Shown piece after piece: positions 1 to 10,673 of a DNA stretch of 62,603 nt. The notes beneath the pieces are model-generated. The model worked only from the letters and a program-made list of their open reading frames with translations, had not been told where the DNA came from and searched no databases. This DNA is from an uncultured Lentisphaerota bacterium. GTDB lineage: Bacteria; Verrucomicrobiota; Lentisphaeria; Victivallales; GWF2-50-93. Numbering within the stretch: the stretch's first letter is position 1; each line of letters starts with the position of its first letter. Both the position numbers and the translations under genes were made by a program. The DNA lies in contig CAIQLG010000189.1 of NCBI GenBank assembly GCA_903872565.1, positions 1 to 62,603 of the forward strand, written 5' to 3'.

Positions 1-29
1 AAGGAAAAATACTGAAAGGGGGTGATAAT

Positions 30-209
30 ATGAGTAAAAAAGAATACAGTCCGGGCAATAAAGCTCCGACTTCCGGCCAGTATGGGATTATTGGACCCAG
101 AGGAGGCGCAACAGGAATTGAAAGAACTGTTGTAAAAGGCGAGCCTTTGCCTCCTACAAAGAAGTCTGGACAAAGTTACGTCCTTGTGGACAAAACTAAA
201 ACCGGATAA
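30..209 (+). CDS. YjzC-like small protein (59 aa, not in ORF track)
   Basis: Translated by hand: MSKKEYSPGNKAPTSGQYGIIGPRGGATGIERTVVKGEPLPPTKKSGQSYVLVDKTKTG*. The PG-x-KAP-x-SG-x-Y and GEPLPPT pattern fits YjzC. SD-like GGGGTGA lies upstream. Confidence 0.8.
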   Translation: MSKKEYSPGNKAPTSGQYGIIGPRGGATGIERTVVKGEPLPPTKKSGQSYVLVDKTKTG

Positions 210-223
210 CACTCAATTCAAAT

Positions 224-259
224 GCACTACCATCTTGATAAAGGCAAGGATGGTAGTGC
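224..259. terminator. Hairpin between convergent genes, probable terminator
   Basis: GCACTACCATC (224-234) and GATGGTAGTGC (249-259) form a perfect 11-bp stem just after the YjzC-like stop. There is no clear U-tract. Confidence 0.5.
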
Positions 260-332
260 CATATTCCCCACAATCATAAAATATTTATCAAGAGATATTG
301 TTCGTGCTGGAGTAGTTGGAATAAAGGGCTGG

Positions 333-3215
333 TCACAGTGTTGGCTTTTTTATTTCTATGTCAAGCTTAAAACTCAATTCTTCTGAGATAATTCGCGGTA
401 AAGGAAAAGCGATATTTGAGTCTGGGGTAATCAATCGGGCAACCTCGTCCTGCCCCATTACGACTCGGAACCAGCGTTCTCGGTCCGACATGACCTTATA
501 CTGGCGCTCATCGGCGGTGCCGGACAAGTAGGGGACATAAATGAGAATCGTATTTCTACCTTCAGCCTTGCATCCAAGTCTGTCAACACGCCCGGTCCGC
601 TGTTCGATGCTGCTTGGATTCCAATCGAGATCATGGTGAACGACATGGCGGCAGAAGCGCTGAAGATCCACACCTTCGCCCATAACTTGACTGCATACCA
701 GAATGTCTGGGAAAAATGGTGTATTAAATGCCCGCATCAAACGAGCACGCGCTTCACGTGGTGTAGTTCCTGTTGCCACTTGGACATTGGCTAGGGTACC
801 TGTGGCATCATCAGATTCCGAGTCTTCATCATCCCCTGTAATGCGTATGTTGCGTGTCCCAATATTTTTTGATGCTTCAAGATAAAGATTTCGTTCCTCG
901 GTGGAACATTCCTCTGTGAGAAAATTTACAAATCCATCGCATTTCTTCCCCCAAGATATATCCGAGGCATCTTTGAAATCCAAGGTCATCCTGACCGCAT
1001 CCTCCTCACTGATCGTTTCCCATTCAGCGATGGGGAAGCAACGAACTAAGGTTGTCGACACTCGCAGAAAACGACGCATCACATCAACAAGTATTTCGCA
1101 AAGTTCTGGAGACATGTTTGCCTTATGAATCGAGACGGCCCGGGTCTGAATGATATTGTTGAGTGCTGCGTCAAGGACTTGTCGGCCACGAGATTTTAGG
1201 TCATCGAAGAAATGCCGGCGGATTCGCAGTATCAATTTTTCTATGTTTTCTATTGTCGCTCCACGACCAGCTTTTCGCAAACGATCCTGTCCGTGCGACA
1301 TAATTCTCCGCTCAATCTCTTTGCTTATATGTATGCGCAACGCTTTGCATGTGCGCCGGTAGAATGCAAAAACAAGAACCTTCTCGCCGAACTCCCACAG
1401 ATCGACCACTCTTTGGACAGTAGAATGCACTTTGGGATGGAGCGCGCCACTGCAAGATTCAAGTGCACGATCGAATTCACCCAAGTACCAACTGCTATGG
1501 GAAAAATCCACAGATGCATTCGAAACCTCCGCATCTAGTTCGTCTTTCGCCGCATCGCGGTTCTTGCGAGTGAAACGGAAAGCCTCGTATGAGGAACTGA
1601 GAGCCTCCCCGAGCAAATCCTGACCGTAACTGGCCGCACTCCGGGCTGCAAGGAAAAATGGCAATAGCTGGCTTCCGGGGATCATAAGCCCGCCCAATAA
1701 TTCCTTTCCTGCAATGGCTGCACCATCAATGCGTTGACGACGGACAATAGAAGTACCCTCCCATTTGATGTCCTTGTTGTGGCGCACGATCCAGGGACGC
1801 AGAGCCTTTTCCGTTATGTTCCGGGACTTTTTGGCGGCATCAAAGGCTTCAACGATGGAACGCTGATGGTTGTTAAGCGATTCTCGAGGTGCCATATAAA
1901 GCCGTCCCCACCAATCTTCAACAATGCTGTCGCAATCTTCCAGTCTTAAACGAGACCAACATTTTTGAAGTGCGATGGTAGTGCGCTGGCTTTCGTTGAG
2001 TAGATTGCGAAGCTCCAACAATTTCTGATGGAAACTGTCAGTGCTGCCAAGTTCATCCGGATTCCAGCGAACATCTCCAAATCTTTCCAAGACGTTTACC
2101 AGTTCATGGTGTCCTAACTGGAATGGGGTGGCAGTAAGAAATAGCATTCGGTCGAAAGCATTGGCCATTGCTCCGTCGCCAGTCCGCAAATCTTCCTCCG
2201 ATTCCGGAGACTGAAGTTGCCGCGCAAGCAGGGTGCGGGGATTTTTAAGATGGTGTGCCTCGTCCATCACGAGCAGAGGCGATCTCCAGCGTGCCTGTGC
2301 GAGAAGTTTTTTCCAAAGTTCCTCCTCCACATTGCGCAATGTGTCGCGGGCGACTTTTAAACGGTCGGAAACACGTGTTTCTCCGCCACGAGCTCTCACG
2401 GGCATATCTTTAAGTGCATCAGCCAGATCTCCAAGTTCAATGTGTTCCATTGCTCGAATCACGGACTTTGGAACAGGATCATCCGCCAGCTGGCGATTTT
2501 CCCGGGTGTCTTTATTGTAAATCTCTTTCCATGAGCTTGGAAAGGCGTGCAATAACTTTTGCCATAGTTCCTCTCCCCAGTCATTGGCTCGTTCTTCCCC
2601 GAGAGCCCACAGCAACTCTGCAAGAAACCGGTGTATCTGCTGTTTTACCTGAATAAGACGTACAGCTCCGCCCCTTGCATGACGGCGAAGGCATTCTGCG
2701 ATCAGTGCGAGGCGTACCCACTTGTCGCTCTGGGAACGTCCCATGGCACCCTGCGCAAGAAATATCATGTGGCAGCGCTCATGCCGCGGATCATCGAGCA
2801 GTTTCATAAGTTCAATGCTGTGCCGGGCGACTCCATAGCGAAGGGATGTCGCCGGAGTCGAATCTTTTCGGACTGCCATGTCCTTGTCTACAGGCTTGAC
2901 ATTGTCGAGATACAATTCACAAAAAGTATTCAGGTCCTGTTTCCACTTTTCAACAAGATTGGGGGGCACCATTATTACAACAGGACCTCGCGGGCTACGG
3001 ACGGCCACGCTGTAGGCTATTGCAAGTGCGACAAATGTCTTGCCCATGCCAACTTCGTCGGCAAGGATGACGCCTGGGCTACCGCGCAACCGGCGCAGGA
3101 TATCCTCCACCTCCTTGCGTTGACGCTTTTGGTCCGCTTCGGGCACACGTTTGTTCAGACGGACTCCAAGCGCCAGTTCAGGAGGCGGACTGTATATATC
3201 GGTCATCTTCGGCAT
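333..3215 (-). CDS. SNF2-family helicase (Azaca ZacC-like)
   Basis: Motifs ILADEVGMGKT, MDEAHH, LTATP, EGVDLQ and WNPSSIEQRTGRVDRLG. Third gene of the unknown/PLD/helicase triad. Confidence 0.85.
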   Translation of the reverse strand: MPKMTDIYSPPPELALGVRLNKRVPEADQKRQRKEVEDILRRLRGSPGVILADEVGMGKTFVALAIAYSVAVRSPRGPVVIMVPPNLVEKWKQDLNTFCELYLDNVKPVDKDMAVRKDSTPATSLRYGVARHSIELMKLLDDPRHERCHMIFLAQGAMGRSQSDKWVRLALIAECLRRHARGGAVRLIQVKQQIHRFLAELLWALGEERANDWGEELWQKLLHAFPSSWKEIYNKDTRENRQLADDPVPKSVIRAMEHIELGDLADALKDMPVRARGGETRVSDRLKVARDTLRNVEEELWKKLLAQARWRSPLLVMDEAHHLKNPRTLLARQLQSPESEEDLRTGDGAMANAFDRMLFLTATPFQLGHHELVNVLERFGDVRWNPDELGSTDSFHQKLLELRNLLNESQRTTIALQKCWSRLRLEDCDSIVEDWWGRLYMAPRESLNNHQRSIVEAFDAAKKSRNITEKALRPWIVRHNKDIKWEGTSIVRRQRIDGAAIAGKELLGGLMIPGSQLLPFFLAARSAASYGQDLLGEALSSSYEAFRFTRKNRDAAKDELDAEVSNASVDFSHSSWYLGEFDRALESCSGALHPKVHSTVQRVVDLWEFGEKVLVFAFYRRTCKALRIHISKEIERRIMSHGQDRLRKAGRGATIENIEKLILRIRRHFFDDLKSRGRQVLDAALNNIIQTRAVSIHKANMSPELCEILVDVMRRFLRVSTTLVRCFPIAEWETISEEDAVRMTLDFKDASDISWGKKCDGFVNFLTEECSTEERNLYLEASKNIGTRNIRITGDDEDSESDDATGTLANVQVATGTTPREARARLMRAFNTPFFPDILVCSQVMGEGVDLQRFCRHVVHHDLDWNPSSIEQRTGRVDRLGCKAEGRNTILIYVPYLSGTADERQYKVMSDRERWFRVVMGQDEVARLITPDSNIAFPLPRIISEELSFKLDIEIKKPTL

Positions 3216-5305
3216 CGCTCGACTATCCTTTCCATAAATTCTACCAGATCACCTGATATCCGGTCGCAATTCGGTCTAATTTTCTCTCTTATCTTGTCTG
3301 CCAATTCTGCAAGAAATGGCCTGAAAACTTTATAGAACTCGGATTTCTCCAGGGATCCGGATTCAGGCTGATAATCCACTTCGTGAAGGACAATCAGAAA
3401 ATCCGAGAGTACAAGCAGAGCTTCGCCTGGCGCAACCACATTTTTAGCAAACTCGCAAAGTAGGCGGTCTGCAAGCGATTCAATTCCGATCAGCCCTCTC
3501 AGCCTCCACTCAAGCGCCTGCCTTCCCCATACAGGCCGTTGAAGGTTGGAACGCAGTTGAGCAAAGAGCCTGGCACGCTGGCGGATGCGATGGAGAAATG
3601 TGGAATAGAGGTCATAGCGACGCAGAGGGTCTAGGTCAACGGGAACGGCGGAGTCAAGATCGTAGTCGAAGAAGTCCGGCGGCTGTTGCTGTCGAGCCCA
3701 TGCGCGAAACGCCGCGCCAGGATCAGATGCCGCCAGAATCAAAAGCATGTCGTCGGCAGTCATTTGTTCCAGCCTGGGCGGGGGTGGCAGGCCGCGGCTG
3801 TCCTCCACGTTTAGCGGAAGGAAAGCCTCATTATCGTCCCAGCGGACAAGCAGTTTGCATGGAGGCTGAACCGGTTCCCATGCAAACTCGACAATAGGTA
3901 GGCGTCCGGCATCAAACCACTTAGATGCAGACAAAAGCTCTTTGTTATCCTGTCCGCAGGCATTTATACACCATCCCTTTGGCAAATCTTCCGGAGCCAG
4001 GCGGAGAATGATACAGCGCTTGTCTCCGGCACGATATGTGGCCGATATGAATCCGGCGGGCAATGGACAGGTCTTATCATTTTCATCATCTTCCAGTTCT
4101 GGTATAGCTCCAATCCACTCCGCAGAGTCAGGATCTTTTACTTGTTGCATTTCAGGCCAGATTGACTCCAGATAGCCTATTTCCCGTCCGTGTTCAACGC
4201 GGCCAACTATTGTCAGGAGATTGGCCTCCGCATTCCTATATTGCCCCACCCCCATTCCGGCGCATGTGAAATTAGATGAACCGACCATCAGGGCGGAGTA
4301 GCTGTCGGAGATAAGTGCAATCATTTTGGCATGCCAGGGGCGACGGTTTTTGTCGCTGTCAAGATCAGGTAGCATTTTGATGATGACATTGGTCTGATAG
4401 TTACGTGGTATGATAATAAGGGATTTGGGAGCGGCTATTCGCGGCAATGCAGATGTGTCTTCATCACGAATCACAGGCACGCAAAAGGAAAGTTTGCGCG
4501 TTTGCCCTCTTGCCATAAGCTTGCAGAGCGAAACAGCGACACGGCCGGCATCATCATGTGTATCGAAGAATGGAGAGGCGATCAATGCCTGGCTCGGCGA
4601 TCCTCCGCGCTTGCGACATAGTTGGACTGCCACTTCAAGACTGCTTCTGGCAGCAACATTTTCATCCGACGAAGGAAGGGTGAAGACCAGCTTTTGTCGA
4701 ACAGATACTTGTTTGCGGCTGTCTCTCCATTCGGCCACCTGCTTTTCTATCCGATCAAGAAACTCCTTCGCCCTTTGAATTTCAGGTAGATTCTCTGATG
4801 CTCCGGGCACAAGTAGAAGCAATCCCCTAAGGAATGCAAGAGCGTCCTCCAGCATATCGGCATTGGCTTCATTGGGGAACATATCGACAGATGATGCGAC
4901 TTCATAGTTGGTGCGGTAGCCAGGTTCGGTCAGGTTTGACGACGCCACTATTATTCGGACGCAACCGGTCCATGCGAGAAGGCTGAGCTTGGCGTGTTGC
5001 TTGCCACCACGGATGCGCACCGGAAGGACATCCCAGCGAAGCGAATGTTCCACTCCTGCCTGTGAGTAGTCCACCAGAACACCTGCGTAAACGCTACCAA
5101 GACGGCTCTCCCGCTCCAGCAGAAACGCCAGGTCTTCGCGGTTCGGTTCCGACTCGATCTCAAGAAACCGGGACAGGCACTGCTCGTCGAACAGGCCAGG
5201 ATCGAAAGTGTATGTGGTTGCGATACATCCAACAGGATCTCCTGAACCTTTAGGTGGTCTCCAAAGGTCGAGCATAGCTCCGCGGGTTGATTTGTTCTTG
5301 CTCAT
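3203..5305 (-). CDS. Phospholipase D-family nuclease-like protein with two HxK motifs (Azaca ZacB-like)
   Basis: QHAKLSLL...SSNLT and WHAKMIAL...GSSNFT. Overlaps both neighbours. Confidence 0.75.
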   Translation of the reverse strand: MSKNKSTRGAMLDLWRPPKGSGDPVGCIATTYTFDPGLFDEQCLSRFLEIESEPNREDLAFLLERESRLGSVYAGVLVDYSQAGVEHSLRWDVLPVRIRGGKQHAKLSLLAWTGCVRIIVASSNLTEPGYRTNYEVASSVDMFPNEANADMLEDALAFLRGLLLLVPGASENLPEIQRAKEFLDRIEKQVAEWRDSRKQVSVRQKLVFTLPSSDENVAARSSLEVAVQLCRKRGGSPSQALIASPFFDTHDDAGRVAVSLCKLMARGQTRKLSFCVPVIRDEDTSALPRIAAPKSLIIIPRNYQTNVIIKMLPDLDSDKNRRPWHAKMIALISDSYSALMVGSSNFTCAGMGVGQYRNAEANLLTIVGRVEHGREIGYLESIWPEMQQVKDPDSAEWIGAIPELEDDENDKTCPLPAGFISATYRAGDKRCIILRLAPEDLPKGWCINACGQDNKELLSASKWFDAGRLPIVEFAWEPVQPPCKLLVRWDDNEAFLPLNVEDSRGLPPPPRLEQMTADDMLLILAASDPGAAFRAWARQQQPPDFFDYDLDSAVPVDLDPLRRYDLYSTFLHRIRQRARLFAQLRSNLQRPVWGRQALEWRLRGLIGIESLADRLLCEFAKNVVAPGEALLVLSDFLIVLHEVDYQPESGSLEKSEFYKVFRPFLAELADKIREKIRPNCDRISGDLVEFMERIVERCRR

Positions 5306-6612
5306 AAAAGATCTCCCCGGAGATCTCCCCGGAAACGCCGGATAGGCCAGCCTCTGTATTCATGTAAGTAAAGTCCAGGCAGGATTTCGCGCCGAGGGAC
5401 ACGATAGGCGTGCCGGATGTAAATCCGGTTATTGCCCAAACGGTCGAACCAGGGGCGTTTGCCTTCGGTCGACTTGGCGCGCTGGATAGTTTCGTGATGA
5501 GTGCATAGCATCAGCGCACAGATTCCGGCATCCATTGGCTCGGCAAATGTTTCAAAGCGTTGGCTGAAAGTATTCTGAAGTGAAACATTGGGAGTGTTGA
5601 CTTCGCCCAGCGCTCTGTGTGCAGACGCAAACTTCTTGTACAGATTTTGGACACTTTGCCTGAAATCCTTGTCGTCGGCTATTTGGGGAATGGAGAAGCC
5701 CTGTTCTTTCGAGCTGCCAGCAACAGCCCTCAAAACATCAAAAGCGTCCTGCATATTGCGTGAGAATGTTTCATAAGCCTTGATTGCTTCAAGGAGCTGA
5801 CCATATTTCGGTTCCTTTTGCTTGAGTCGTTCATGCAGGAGTTCCTCGTTAAATTCATTGTACCCGAATCCTTCCTGCAGTTCCCAAATTGCCGGCAAAG
5901 CCCCGAGTCGGCGGTCGCTTTCGGCAAGAAGGAGATCGCACAGATAGCGCTTTTCCCTGCCCTTGGCACCTGAGGGTGCAAACGCCTGTGCAAGTTCATC
6001 CCACCCGCTGTTACCCCAGGAAGGTTTAGTGCGCGGTGGTTTTTCTCCAAGGCTCCGTTCAACCGCCGCAGACCAGCTGGAAATCCTTGATCGGGCACCT
6101 GCAAGGCCTGTAAATCCGAGTCCTCGTGCCCAAGCGTCGACCAGCGCTTCCGCATTCGGACCTGGTCCCATATGTACGTCAAGTATGCCCAAGTGTATAG
6201 CAAGCCGTTTATATACCCCGTTGAAACCGAAAATCCGTGGAGTCTTCAGATAGCTGCGTGCATCGAGATACCCATGCTGATCAAGTGCGCGCCGCGCTAC
6301 CAGCGTTCCCGGCACTCCCCATACAGATGAGTCATCGCCCATTGAACGTATCAAAGCCTCCACGACCAGCCACTCCCATACGATGCAGGGGGAGGCATCT
6401 CGTTTTTGAGGATCATCGTCCAATCCTTCGGTCACAAGAGCGCCCACGGCCATAGCTGTGAGAAACCGTATCCTCTGCATGCGTTCCCGCACAGCCGGAA
6501 CCAGTTGCATCGCCAGCTGGTCGGCAATCTGGTATAACCCGAGCGGGTCGAGAGTGCCTTCACTCGTACCGGGCGGATCGTAACTGGTCAGGAATGGAAA
6601 TATTGTATTCAA
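5302..6612 (-). CDS. Hypothetical defence protein, DUF6361/Azaca ZacA-like
   Basis: N-terminal GTLDPLGL..IADQLA..LVP....R.RF pattern. Likely TTG start at 6612 with GGAG upstream (ORF track starts at 6648). 4-bp overlap with the PLD gene. Confidence 0.55.
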   Translation of the reverse strand: MNTIFPFLTSYDPPGTSEGTLDPLGLYQIADQLAMQLVPAVRERMQRIRFLTAMAVGALVTEGLDDDPQKRDASPCIVWEWLVVEALIRSMGDDSSVWGVPGTLVARRALDQHGYLDARSYLKTPRIFGFNGVYKRLAIHLGILDVHMGPGPNAEALVDAWARGLGFTGLAGARSRISSWSAAVERSLGEKPPRTKPSWGNSGWDELAQAFAPSGAKGREKRYLCDLLLAESDRRLGALPAIWELQEGFGYNEFNEELLHERLKQKEPKYGQLLEAIKAYETFSRNMQDAFDVLRAVAGSSKEQGFSIPQIADDKDFRQSVQNLYKKFASAHRALGEVNTPNVSLQNTFSQRFETFAEPMDAGICALMLCTHHETIQRAKSTEGKRPWFDRLGNNRIYIRHAYRVPRREILPGLYLHEYRGWPIRRFRGDLRGDLL

Positions 6613-6734
6613 ATATTGCGCTCCGAAATTTATGGCCAATAAAAACAAAACTTATTATTTCTTGTCGAACATTTCACTTACTGGCATTTGTGATTTAGCC
6701 ATTTTAACACTCCATTATTATTCGAAAATAACAC

Positions 6735-9700
6735 TTACGATATCCATTCGTTTTTAATTTCGGCGAACTCATTGTCAGAGTGACAAATACGATACCATTC
6801 TTCAACCGGTTTTGGAATGGCTATTTTTTTATCCGTATAAAATACGTTAAGCCTGTAAGCAAGAGTCGCAGCGGCTTTACGTATTTCGAGTTTCTCGTCG
6901 AATGACAGTTCTGTTTCTTCGTTGGAGTAGTCGGTTTCAGCGGCTAATATTTGGATGGCTTTAAGGACATCCGCTTCAAAATGGGATTCGAAAATAGCAG
7001 GCTTGGAATTAAGAATACGCGCAACAATGTATATCGCTCTAGGAAGTGAAGGAGTTCGACGCCAAAGGACGTAATTCGCGAGAAGTGAAAGCGCTTGCGA
7101 TATGTTAATTATATTTATATTTTTCAGGATAATGCTTGCCAGTGCCTTCAATGCATCATCAATTTTCGCTTTTGAGTTTGAAAGTAGGGTGTTGCTTATT
7201 CGATCAAAGAGTCCGTCTTTAGATTCCGGGAATATATGAAGGCATGCACTTTCTGCCTGTAAAGTCGGGATGTCGTGCTCGCTCATCTCGGAAAGAAGGC
7301 GGGCGATATCTGATTTTGACTTGTCGGGAATAGTTGGCATTGATCGGGGACCAATAACTTCAGCGATAAGTTCGCTTATGCTGGACAACCGTGCCATGAA
7401 TTCATCGTAGATAGAACCGAAAGGAGTTTCTTTTTCCTCCTTTTTCAAACGTTCCTTGTCGGCATCCCACCATTCTACAAGTCGATTGAGAAACTCAATG
7501 ATATCGTCCGAATTCCATATTCCTGACTCATTCGCACCGATTATGTCATGGAGAAGAGCAATATTTCCCCCGGTCAAACTCACTCCTTGTTCTTTATGGT
7601 GCTTTTGGATTGGGAAAGGGGTATCCTTGACATATTTTTTGAAAATCGGGATAGGGTCTATAATTGATGGATGCGGAAATGAAAGGAATCCAAAACGATA
7701 AAAGTCCGTACTTGATGGTAACCCGCAATTGTCACATTTACTCCAGAGGCTCTCTCCAAGCAGGTTTAGTTGCTCTTCGTCAAGAAGGTTCAACTTGTAA
7801 AGTTTGACCAGAGTGAAAGTTGCCCAGCGTCGCTCATTCTCATCGCCAGATGCCGACTGAACCAGCAATTCGCTAACCCGTTTCTTGGGAATAGCTGGCT
7901 TTTCATTAGCACATGGAGAATTTTCATCAATCCCAAGCAACCTAAAAGGATTTAAGAACTCTTGGATGGTAAGGGGATTTAAATCTGTTGGGTATTTGAT
8001 TGATATCAATTTTGGAATAATTGTAAATTGCTCCGATGCGGAAAACGAAGCAATGAGCCTTTGAATCAAATGCCCAATCTCCCGATATTTGTTCTTGCCA
8101 TTGGATGAATATAGTTCAGAAAGGAAATCCAGAACAAGTAGTTTTGATTCAAAGGAGCATTTACAGCAGAGCCTGGACATTGCTTCAGGAAGAACTTGAG
8201 CAAAACGGATGGCAAGGACATCCCCATGTATTTCATTCCCGGTAAGAATGTCATTTCTGATGTTTTTAAGAGCATCAAGATATCGCTTTATCAATTCATC
8301 TATGCCTGACTTTTTAAATTTATACACTGATTCGCGAGAGAATATTTTGCCAACTGCCTTGGAATCTCCGAGCCTCGCCAAGGTCGCCCATGCCCAGCAA
8401 GGAGAATATTTGAAGACTCGCGGCAATGCCAATTCAGCAGATTTTTTACCTAAATTGTAAATACCAATCCTGAACGGAATTCCGGATTCCTCACAAAAAC
8501 GAAAGAATGTAAATGCATTCAGGGAGTCCTCATCTACAGGATCTAGGTGATGAGTCCGTGTCGTCTTGCCTATATCAAATCCTCGGCTCTCGCTAATCCT
8601 TTTAATTTCGACAGGTTCCTTGTCGAGTGAGCGCTCAAATAAATCTAGTTCATTCCAAGGATCACATTTATATTGCTTGAGTTCATTCCATCGCTCATTG
8701 AAAGTCTGCCTTAACTGTTTTTGTTTATCGTTTCGAATCTCATTAAGTCTAGCGTTCCATTCTTTTTTCCGTTCATTATCTCTTCCCTGATATAATGCAT
8801 CCCAATCACTTACAAAATTGTTGGGCGTAGATATTTCGAAAGGGATATGAATATTATTATCTTTTGAAGAAGATATCTTAAATTGCTCATCAAGATACGA
8901 GTTTGTTTTTAATAGTTTCCAGTCATGCTCTACTTGGCTTCTGATTAAAGATACCTCATCGATATCTGCAGACTTGTTGATTTTAAACATTTGTGCTGCA
9001 TCATGCACATATTTAAACAACAACATAGCATAAACTTCTTCCGAAACAGAAGAATAATTTGGAGAAGGAGGAGTAAGGTTGCCTATTATTCGGATTTTAG
9101 CAAGAGTTCTTTCAAGTATTGTTTCTGCTTCTTCAATTTGTCCTATTTCAGCAAGAAGAGCGGCACGTTTAGCCATCCAGTATGGGAGTGAATCATCTAT
9201 AATCCAGTTTGAAATATTTTCTTTTACTTTCGGCAAGTCGAGCATGAAAAGGTGAACTAAAACACATTCGTAACGAAGATAGGCTATTTGATCCGGCAGA
9301 AGATATTTTGAAAGCGTGTTAAGGCGAGTATCCCAATCCCTCCGTTCTTCTTGCATCCCTTCCTCACGACAGAACCGCAACATGGATAGGGCGAGAGACA
9401 ACCACATATCTCTGATCTCATCCCAATCCAAATCCTTATATTTATTGTCAGCAAAACAAATCTCATGCTGGCGCGAGTCGGATTCATGGAACGGCCAATA
9501 TTTTGAAAGAATATGATTGAACAGTTTTGAAAGATTGGTAAAAACAGGGAGCAAACACCGTTCTAACCGCCAATTCAATTCAAAGGCATATTTGATGTCA
9601 AGCCCTATTGGCAAGTTGTTATCGGGTGACAAGTAGTTTACCCATATCCGAGTATAGACCCATAAGGTCTCCCGATTGCCTTCTGGCAAAATGAGCCAAC

Positions 9701-10673
9701 CGGGATATGAAAGACGTTTTTCTTTCCAGTCTCGGCATATCTCCTGAATCTGCTTAATCTTGTCTTCATCAGGCTTTACCGTCATGTATTGGTTGTTAAA
9801 TGGCCAATCTAACGCATTTGGATTGCGTTCTTTAATGAACTTTATAAACTTTTCTAAAGCTTTATGATGATCATGTTTTCCAATCCCATCACATTTAGAC
9901 ATGTCAACGATGATGATATCACGTTGCTCTAAAAGTTGCTTTTTAGCGCTTGATAAATCAAAGACTCCGACAAGATAGATTTTTTGGGATTTATGCTGAC
10001 CAAGGTTGTCTCGAATCCAGCCAATCCACTGAAGAAAATTGGGATCATCGCCAGAAAAACCTATAAGACAAAATGTGTTTTCCAAAAGTGATTGCTGGAC
10101 TGTATTGACAAACGGCGCATAGTCTATGGGATAGCGGCGGTAGTCTTCTTCAGTAATGATAAACGGACGCTCCGAAGGAAAACTCCCGTGAAGCTTTACA
10201 ATCCTAGGTTTGGTGGAATACGGAATGTCCTTTTTGTTTACAACTGTGTCATATCTTCTTCTCACAACAGTTGAACTTGCACGCTCAAGAAGAGTATCAT
10301 AGTTTGTTGTGAATACATCAACCCAAGGCAGATCAAGAATATCAATATGCAACTTGCTTGGGGCATACTGTAAGTCGGGAATGTTCGATCGTATCAAATC
10401 TTCCAGTGCAGGCCGTCCAATTATTGCTTCGACTTCTTCTGCCAGTTTAAGCACATTGAGATATTTTTGCTTACCTGGCGTTGGCTTGTATCCATATGCT
10501 TTCTCGTAGAACATGTCACCTAATTGTGACCAATCAGGAAAGGCATCGCCTGCATTTTTGCTAAAGCCGGATCCAATCATAACAGTAGCATGTCCTGACC
10601 AAAGACGTTCGGCAATCTGTTCAAGATGTGGTAAGATGCATTCGTGAACACCCAAGTCTTTCTTATTACTCAT
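6735..10673 (-). CDS. dsr1: Defence-associated sirtuin, Dsr1-like (SIR2 NADase plus long helical C-terminus)
   Basis: N-terminal ERLWSGHATVMIGSGFS, TTNYD, KLHGS and GFSGDDPNF SIR2 motifs. Length 1312 aa. Confidence 0.85.
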   Translation of the reverse strand: MSNKKDLGVHECILPHLEQIAERLWSGHATVMIGSGFSKNAGDAFPDWSQLGDMFYEKAYGYKPTPGKQKYLNVLKLAEEVEAIIGRPALEDLIRSNIPDLQYAPSKLHIDILDLPWVDVFTTNYDTLLERASSTVVRRRYDTVVNKKDIPYSTKPRIVKLHGSFPSERPFIITEEDYRRYPIDYAPFVNTVQQSLLENTFCLIGFSGDDPNFLQWIGWIRDNLGQHKSQKIYLVGVFDLSSAKKQLLEQRDIIIVDMSKCDGIGKHDHHKALEKFIKFIKERNPNALDWPFNNQYMTVKPDEDKIKQIQEICRDWKEKRLSYPGWLILPEGNRETLWVYTRIWVNYLSPDNNLPIGLDIKYAFELNWRLERCLLPVFTNLSKLFNHILSKYWPFHESDSRQHEICFADNKYKDLDWDEIRDMWLSLALSMLRFCREEGMQEERRDWDTRLNTLSKYLLPDQIAYLRYECVLVHLFMLDLPKVKENISNWIIDDSLPYWMAKRAALLAEIGQIEEAETILERTLAKIRIIGNLTPPSPNYSSVSEEVYAMLLFKYVHDAAQMFKINKSADIDEVSLIRSQVEHDWKLLKTNSYLDEQFKISSSKDNNIHIPFEISTPNNFVSDWDALYQGRDNERKKEWNARLNEIRNDKQKQLRQTFNERWNELKQYKCDPWNELDLFERSLDKEPVEIKRISESRGFDIGKTTRTHHLDPVDEDSLNAFTFFRFCEESGIPFRIGIYNLGKKSAELALPRVFKYSPCWAWATLARLGDSKAVGKIFSRESVYKFKKSGIDELIKRYLDALKNIRNDILTGNEIHGDVLAIRFAQVLPEAMSRLCCKCSFESKLLVLDFLSELYSSNGKNKYREIGHLIQRLIASFSASEQFTIIPKLISIKYPTDLNPLTIQEFLNPFRLLGIDENSPCANEKPAIPKKRVSELLVQSASGDENERRWATFTLVKLYKLNLLDEEQLNLLGESLWSKCDNCGLPSSTDFYRFGFLSFPHPSIIDPIPIFKKYVKDTPFPIQKHHKEQGVSLTGGNIALLHDIIGANESGIWNSDDIIEFLNRLVEWWDADKERLKKEEKETPFGSIYDEFMARLSSISELIAEVIGPRSMPTIPDKSKSDIARLLSEMSEHDIPTLQAESACLHIFPESKDGLFDRISNTLLSNSKAKIDDALKALASIILKNINIINISQALSLLANYVLWRRTPSLPRAIYIVARILNSKPAIFESHFEADVLKAIQILAAETDYSNEETELSFDEKLEIRKAAATLAYRLNVFYTDKKIAIPKPVEEWYRICHSDNEFAEIKNEWIS

